Assembly (NCBI GenBank): GCA_000992345.1 | Contig: LBUA01000001.1 | Span: 81,711-145,710, forward strand | DNA: 64,000 nt | Origin: Parcubacteria group bacterium GW2011_GWD2_38_12 | Lineage (GTDB): Bacteria > Patescibacteriota > Minisyncoccia > GWC2-36-17 | Direction: 5' to 3' | Shown here: in pieces, positions 58,566-64,000 of the stretch | Numbering within the stretch: the stretch's first letter is position 1 | How the letters are laid out: every line of letters starts with the position of its first letter | The notes under the pieces: model-generated | What the model saw: only the letters and a program-made list of their open reading frames with translations | Told to the model about the DNA's origin: nothing | The model's database searches: none | Translations under genes and position numbers: made by a program

Positions 58566-59666
58566 TTAAACCTTAAACTCCATAACATCACCATCTTTTA
58601 CAATGTATTCCTTGCCTTCGGTACGCAAAAGTCCCTTATCGCGGGCGGCGGCAAATGAGCCAGTATTTAATAAATCTTGCCAGAATATCACTTCCGCGCG
58701 AATGAATTTTTCTTCAAAATCGGAGTGGATGGCGCGGCCAGCGCGAGGAGCGGCAGAATTTTTCGGTATAGTCCAAGCTCTCGTTTCTGTTTCACCGGTC
58801 GTAAAATATGTTATCAATCCTAAAAGTTCATAACCTTTGTGAATCAATTGATTGATACCGCCATCATCCTTAACACCAAGCTCTTTTTTGTATTCAATCT
58901 TTTCCTCCTCGGAAAGCTCGTTTAATTCTTGTTCGATTTTAGCGTCAACCGTAGTCCAAATGTTGCCGTTTTTTTCAAAAAATTCTATTAACTTTACATA
59001 CCTTTCATCATTTATCTCGTCTAAATTAACCGCTCCTGATTTCTTGTTTAATACATACAATATTGGTTTGATAGTCAAAAGACCAAAAGATTTTATAAAT
59101 GGCTTTTCCGCTTCGGAAAATTCAATAGAGGAGGCGAGAATGCCCTTCTTTAAAGCGTCTTGGATTTTTGTCAGCGCCCCAAGCTCCAAAATAGCGTCTT
59201 TGTTGCCCGTACGAGTATTTCTTTGCGCGCGTTCGATTTGTTTGGTCACCGAATCTAAATCAGCCAAAATCAGTTCTGTGTTTATAACCTCAATATCCGA
59301 GAGGGGATTAATCCTGCTTTCAACATGTATGATATTGGGGTCTTCAAAAATTCTCACTACTTCAGCGATCGCATCCGTCTCGCGTATATGCGAGAGAAAT
59401 TTATTGCCTAATCCTTCGCCCTGCGAAGCACCCTTAACCAACCCTGCGATATCCACAAATTCAATGGTGGCAGGCACAATTTTTTTGGTTTTTGAAAAAT
59501 CGGCTAATTTTTGCAATCTTTCATCGGGCACGGCAACAACACCGACATTCGGGTCGATAGTGCAAAATGGATAATTGGCGCAGTCCACCTGTTTTTTGGT
59601 TAATGCCTTAAATAAAGTTGACTTCCCGACATTGGGTAAACCAACAATTCCTATTTGTAATGCCAT
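58566..59666 (-). CDS. ychF: Redox-regulated ATPase YchF
   Basis: GIVGLPNVGKSTLF, NYPFCTIDPN, DIAGLV.GAS.GEGLGN.FL and EGKEY.V.DGD. Confidence 0.97.
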   Translation of the reverse strand: MALQIGIVGLPNVGKSTLFKALTKKQVDCANYPFCTIDPNVGVVAVPDERLQKLADFSKTKKIVPATIEFVDIAGLVKGASQGEGLGNKFLSHIRETDAIAEVVRIFEDPNIIHVESRINPLSDIEVINTELILADLDSVTKQIERAQRNTRTGNKDAILELGALTKIQDALKKGILASSIEFSEAEKPFIKSFGLLTIKPILYVLNKKSGAVNLDEINDERYVKLIEFFEKNGNIWTTVDAKIEQELNELSEEEKIEYKKELGVKDDGGINQLIHKGYELLGLITYFTTGETETRAWTIPKNSAAPRAGRAIHSDFEEKFIRAEVIFWQDLLNTGSFAAARDKGLLRTEGKEYIVKDGDVMEFKV

Positions 59667-59738
59667 AATTTTTGGTTTTTATTTTTTTATGATAAACTAA
59701 ACAAGATAAAATCATAATTTATTTTTGTATTAAAATCA

Positions 59739-61136
59739 ATGGAAAACCGCGAAACAATAAATAAAATTTTCAAAGCATATGATATAAGAGGAAAATACCC
59801 AGAAGAGTTGAACGAAACTATCGCCTATAGAATCGGGCAGGCGGTTAGTGATTATTTTTTTCCGACACAAATTTTAGTTGGTCGCGATCATCGAGATTCT
59901 TCCTATCCCTTATTTCAGGCTATTTCCGGAGGGATAATGAATCAAGGTGTTGATATTGTAGATATCGGCGTTTGCACAAGTCCGATGTTTTATTTTGCCG
60001 TGGCAAAGGGAAATTACGAAACAGGGGTAATGATTACCGCCTCGCATAATCCGTACATATATAATGGCGTAAAAATCGTTAAAAAAATGGCTGTTCCGCT
60101 GGGAATTGGCTTAGGACTGGAAAATATAAACGATCTTGTCACAGAGGGTAATTTTCACAAATCGCAAAAACAAGGAACGGTAAAATCAATTGACTTAACA
60201 GATGAATACGTAAATTATCTAAAGACATTCCAAAGCGTAGCTCTTGATAAAAATTTGAAAATTGTGCTGGATCCGTCAAATGGCCCGGCTGGGAAATTGG
60301 CATATAAAGTTTTCGGGGACGAAATAAATTCAATAAATATAAACTTTGAGCCTACGGATGACAAGAATAAAGATCCCAATCCCCTAAAACCAGAGACCAG
60401 AAAGCAAGCGGAAGAAATCGTAATAAATCAAAAGACCGACGGAGCATTTTTATGGGATGGCGATGGAGACAGGTTTTTCGTGTTGGATGAAAAAGCCAGA
60501 TTAATACCTGGAAATTTCGTGACCGCAGTACTTGCCGAATACATTCTCAAAAAACATCCCAACGAAAAAGTTATCTGTGATTTAAGGCTTTCAAGGGCGG
60601 TATTTAAAATAATAGAAAGAAGTGGGGGATTGCCGATAATGAACCGCGTTGGACACTCTTATATTAAGGACCGGATGCGGAAAGAAAATGCGATTTTTGG
60701 CGCGGAAATGTCCGGACATTATTATTTCCGCGGCCAATCAAGCCAAGGACTTCATGAGTTTTATTCTGATAATGGCATCATACCGGCTCTGTATTTACTG
60801 GAGATAATGAGCCAAAAAACAAAAAAACTCTCTGAACTTTTTGACCCGTTTTTTGAAAAATATTTTATAAGCGAGGAGTTAAATTTTAAAGTTCGCGATT
60901 CTCAACAAACCTTGAAATTAATTGAAAATGAATTCTCTGGGACAAACAAAGAAGGCGAGCAAGCGGAAATAATAAAATTGGACGGATTAACCATTCAATT
61001 TAAAGATTGGTGGTTTAATATTCGTCCATCCAACACCGAACCAGTTATGAGAGTCATTATCGAAACCAGCACAAAAGAATCCTTAAAAGATAGGATAGAT
61101 TTACTCACCAGGATGCTTTCTGTGAATACAAGATAA
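59739..61136 (+). CDS. Phosphomannomutase/phosphoglucomutase
   Basis: FKAYDIRG, TASHNP, DGDGDR, GAEMSGH and RPSNTEP. Confidence 0.95.
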   Translation: MENRETINKIFKAYDIRGKYPEELNETIAYRIGQAVSDYFFPTQILVGRDHRDSSYPLFQAISGGIMNQGVDIVDIGVCTSPMFYFAVAKGNYETGVMITASHNPYIYNGVKIVKKMAVPLGIGLGLENINDLVTEGNFHKSQKQGTVKSIDLTDEYVNYLKTFQSVALDKNLKIVLDPSNGPAGKLAYKVFGDEINSININFEPTDDKNKDPNPLKPETRKQAEEIVINQKTDGAFLWDGDGDRFFVLDEKARLIPGNFVTAVLAEYILKKHPNEKVICDLRLSRAVFKIIERSGGLPIMNRVGHSYIKDRMRKENAIFGAEMSGHYYFRGQSSQGLHEFYSDNGIIPALYLLEIMSQKTKKLSELFDPFFEKYFISEELNFKVRDSQQTLKLIENEFSGTNKEGEQAEIIKLDGLTIQFKDWWFNIRPSNTEPVMRVIIETSTKESLKDRIDLLTRMLSVNTR

Positions 61137-61137
61137 T

Positions 61138-61171
61138 AAAATACCGCGATGGTTTTTCCATCGCGGTATTA
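61138..61171. terminator. Terminator hairpin between convergent genes
   Basis: AATACCGCGATGG/CCATCGCGGTATT. Confidence 0.7.
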
Positions 61172-61184
61172 TCATTTAAACGAG

Positions 61185-61526
61185 TTACTCAAGTTGCTTT
61201 TCTGTCAATGACACGAGGCACTTTACGGATCCATCAAATCTTTGAGAGCCAATCCATTGATCACATTTTGCGCAAATCAAGAAATATTCAAATGAAGCGT
61301 CGCTTCTGGCATTATATCTCTTAATTATTTTTCCATTATGTTTGCATCTTTTTGATCTTGCTTTTTTTAATGTGCTCAGTTTCATCTCCAATGTAGTTTT
61401 CTCGTCTTCCAATTTCTGTATTTCCGCCTGCACCCTTTTTTGCATTTTTTCTATTTTAATGTTCCAATAAGCAACCCCTTTGTCTATCTTGTTGATTTGA
61501 TCTTTTATTTTCACTTCTCTTTTCAT
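61185..61526 (-). CDS. Hypothetical coiled-coil + C/H/C/C Zn-site protein
   Basis: 113 aa, AAGGAGG SD, CKH...CAKC. Confidence 0.65.
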   Translation of the reverse strand: MKREVKIKDQINKIDKGVAYWNIKIEKMQKRVQAEIQKLEDEKTTLEMKLSTLKKARSKRCKHNGKIIKRYNARSDASFEYFLICAKCDQWIGSQRFDGSVKCLVSLTEKQLE

Positions 61527-61649
61527 CTCTCCCTCCTTACTGGGTTTGTAAAATTAAAGTTTTTTTGTGAAATCCGCTCTCTGGTATTGTTTGTTTCGAC
61601 TGTACGTTGGCTTTGCATTTTGCATTTTTAGTTTTACGTTTTCTTTGTA

Positions 61650-63764
61650 TCATATCTCTATAATTACTGGCAATATCATCGGACGGCGTTGAGTTTGTTG
61701 AAATAAATATTGTCCGATTTTATCGCGAATATTATCTTTGACATATTCATAATTTGCCTCTGCATCCGCTCTGGATGCTGATTTCTCAACAATATATTTG
61801 GCGCGTTTTCTTACTTCGGAAAGCAATTCTCTCGCTTCGCGAAGGTATACAAACCCGCGCGAAATAATATCGGGGTTACCACGCACTTTACCCGTTTTAC
61901 TGTCTATCACTGCAATGATTACAAACATTCCGTCTTCCGCAAGCATTCTTCTATCGCGAAGCACAACTTCTCCAATATCTCCGACGCCAAGTCCATCAAC
62001 CATAACATAATTTGCCGGAACAACCTGCTTAATAATATTTATCTTGGACGGATTTAATTCTAAAATATCGCCATTTTCAATAAGGCCTATATTTTCATCG
62101 GTATATCCCAAACCCTTAGCCAATTCAGCATGAAGCTGTAGCATATAAAATTGACCGTGAATGGGCACAAAATATCTCGGCTTTATCAGAGATATCATCA
62201 TTTTTAGATCTTCCACCTGCGCATGACCGGAAGCGTGAATATCCATCATTTTATAATGGAAAATTTTCGCACCTTGACGCGCGATTAAATCTTTTAAAAA
62301 CTGCACTGTCCTTTCATTGCCCGGCACCACAGAAGAGGAGAATACAACAGTGTCGTTTTTATGAAGACGGACAAATCTATGCTCACGATTAACTATACGC
62401 ATCAGCGCTGCGCTACTTTCTCCCTGCGCGCCCGTGCATATAATCACGGCTTTATTATGCGGATATTCATCAATATCTTTTATATCAATTATTGTGCCTT
62501 TCTGAATTTTTAAATATCCCAATTCCCTCGCGATTTCCACATTAGATTTCATACTATACCCCTCAATAGCAACTTTGCGGCCATGAGCTTCTGCCAGCAT
62601 GATTATTTGTTGAACCCTGGATAAAAGAGAGGAAAAGGTGGATACAATTAGTCTGCCTTGAGTGTTCTGAAAAACTTCATCAAGATTTTTCATAATAACC
62701 GATTCGGATAAAGTACTGCCAGCCTGTTCCACGCCGGTGCTGTCGGAAAGTAACGCTAAAATACCTTTCTCGCCAAATTTGGAAAATACATTTAAATCAG
62801 TCGGATAGTCACCAACCGGAGTAAAATCAAATTTAAAATCGCAAGTATGAATAACCGTTCCGACAGGAGTATGTATGGCAAGCCCGATGGCATCGGGAAT
62901 ATTGTGATTTATATGGTATGCCTCAACAGTAAAATGCCCAAGGGAAATCGGCTCTATTTTTGATTTATCAATTGGGTGTATTTCCAGTTTGAGCAAATTA
63001 GGAAATTCCTCTTGCCTTTTTAAAATTATCCCGCGCGAAAGGGGGGTGGCAAAAATCGGCGGATTACCCAATTTTTCAATCAAATAAGGAATTGCTCCAA
63101 TGTGGTCAAAATGTCCATGAGTGATAAATATGCCGCGAATATTCTTTTCTTTTCCCTTGAGATAAGAGATATTGGGAATAATAAAATCTACGCCAGGCAT
63201 ATCCTCTTCGCGGAAACGAAGTCCCACATCTACAATTATAATATCGTCTTTATATTCTAAAACCATCATATTGCGTCCAACTTCACCAAAACCTCCGAGC
63301 GGCACAATTTTTAAATTCTCGTTTGCAATATCAATCGGAAAAGTTGGCATCTCCTGAAAAGCAAATTCCCCCTCTCTTGGGATAGAAGGGTGAAATCTCA
63401 TCTGTTGCGGCCTCATTCTTGATCGTCCGGATCGTTTCGATTCCGTCTGTCTTGTTTCTCCGGCAGACTCGCCTGTACGAGTAGGTCTTCCTGCATAAGC
63501 AGGTCTTCTTTGCCCATCGCGAGATTGGAGCGGCGGACGAGAACCAGCAAATCTACTGCGCTCCGGGACTGTTTTTTGCAAATCTCGTTTTGGTTGAATT
63601 TGTCCGGCTTGACCCAAGGATACATCTTTACGCCCAAAACCAGCGCTAAAACCAGGGGGGGAATATTTTCTTTGCCCCTGTCCGTATCTTCTTCCCGTAT
63701 GACGTTGTCCCGGATACGCTCTTCTTATGGGCGTATGGGATGTTTTTTTCTCTTGTTCTTCCAT
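61650..63764 (-). CDS. rnj: Ribonuclease J with long basic N-terminal extension
   Basis: PLGG..EVGRNM, THGHFDHIG, GAQGE, HASGH and RRPMILP. Confidence 0.96.
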   Translation of the reverse strand: MEEQEKKTSHTPIRRAYPGQRHTGRRYGQGQRKYSPPGFSAGFGRKDVSLGQAGQIQPKRDLQKTVPERSRFAGSRPPLQSRDGQRRPAYAGRPTRTGESAGETRQTESKRSGRSRMRPQQMRFHPSIPREGEFAFQEMPTFPIDIANENLKIVPLGGFGEVGRNMMVLEYKDDIIIVDVGLRFREEDMPGVDFIIPNISYLKGKEKNIRGIFITHGHFDHIGAIPYLIEKLGNPPIFATPLSRGIILKRQEEFPNLLKLEIHPIDKSKIEPISLGHFTVEAYHINHNIPDAIGLAIHTPVGTVIHTCDFKFDFTPVGDYPTDLNVFSKFGEKGILALLSDSTGVEQAGSTLSESVIMKNLDEVFQNTQGRLIVSTFSSLLSRVQQIIMLAEAHGRKVAIEGYSMKSNVEIARELGYLKIQKGTIIDIKDIDEYPHNKAVIICTGAQGESSAALMRIVNREHRFVRLHKNDTVVFSSSVVPGNERTVQFLKDLIARQGAKIFHYKMMDIHASGHAQVEDLKMMISLIKPRYFVPIHGQFYMLQLHAELAKGLGYTDENIGLIENGDILELNPSKINIIKQVVPANYVMVDGLGVGDIGEVVLRDRRMLAEDGMFVIIAVIDSKTGKVRGNPDIISRGFVYLREARELLSEVRKRAKYIVEKSASRADAEANYEYVKDNIRDKIGQYLFQQTQRRPMILPVIIEI

Positions 63765-63794
63765 AATTTAATATCTTAGTGTGTTAATTAATAA

Positions 63795-63879
63795 TGGTGC
63801 CGATGGAGGGATTTGAACCCTCAAGCCTTGCAGCACACGCTCCTGAAGCGTGCGTGTTTGCCAATTTCACCACATCGGC
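63795..63879 (-). tRNA. tRNA-Leu(CAG)
   Basis: GCCGATG...CATCGGC-ACCA, long variable arm, anticodon CAG. Confidence 0.93.
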
Positions 63880-64000
63880 ATTGGAGAGTGAAATAAATCT
63901 GCGCCTTGCCCCGCCCCAAATACGCAAAATTTATTTATTCAAGGCGTTTTTTAATTCATCTATTAGGGGGGTCAAAATCGGATCCTGATTTTTTATATCA

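Noticed and set aside
58852-59574. 240-aa antisense ORF and the many other shadow ORFs (e.g. 14743, 31138, 46184)
   Set aside because: Opposite-strand or off-frame shadows of well-supported genes, with no motifs.

Overview
AT-rich chromosomal window from a Patescibacteria (CPR, Parcubacteria/OD1-like) bacterium using genetic code 11. The assignment rests on 16S signatures, a short AlaRS, and CPR-typical PEGA and baseplate-J-like genes. Most of the window is housekeeping: aminoacyl-tRNA synthetases (cysS, trpS, tyrS, alaS, thrS), infA-rpmJ-rpsM-rpsK-rpsD-rpoA-rplQ-rplM-rpsI, rpsF-ssb-rpsR, priA/def/fmt, dnaE, rnhB, dcd, thyX-like, ychF, rnj, four tRNAs and a stand-alone 16S rRNA gene with a 47-nt insertion. 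Most notable: (1) an integron-like cassette array with attI-like and attC-like sites, inserted in priA-def-fmt and driven by a short tyrosine recombinase that lacks the IntI-specific insertion; (2) a ThiF + amino-acid dehydrogenase + PaaK-like ligase + nitroreductase operon beside a multi-TM sensor kinase, a candidate small-molecule synthesis and sensing system; (3) self-contained ORFan expression units with promoter, boxA-like motif, strong SD and terminator, one bracketed by complementary kissing hairpins; (4) palindromic and heptamer repeat elements lying in frame within housekeeping proteins. All calls come from reading the sequence; no searches were run.
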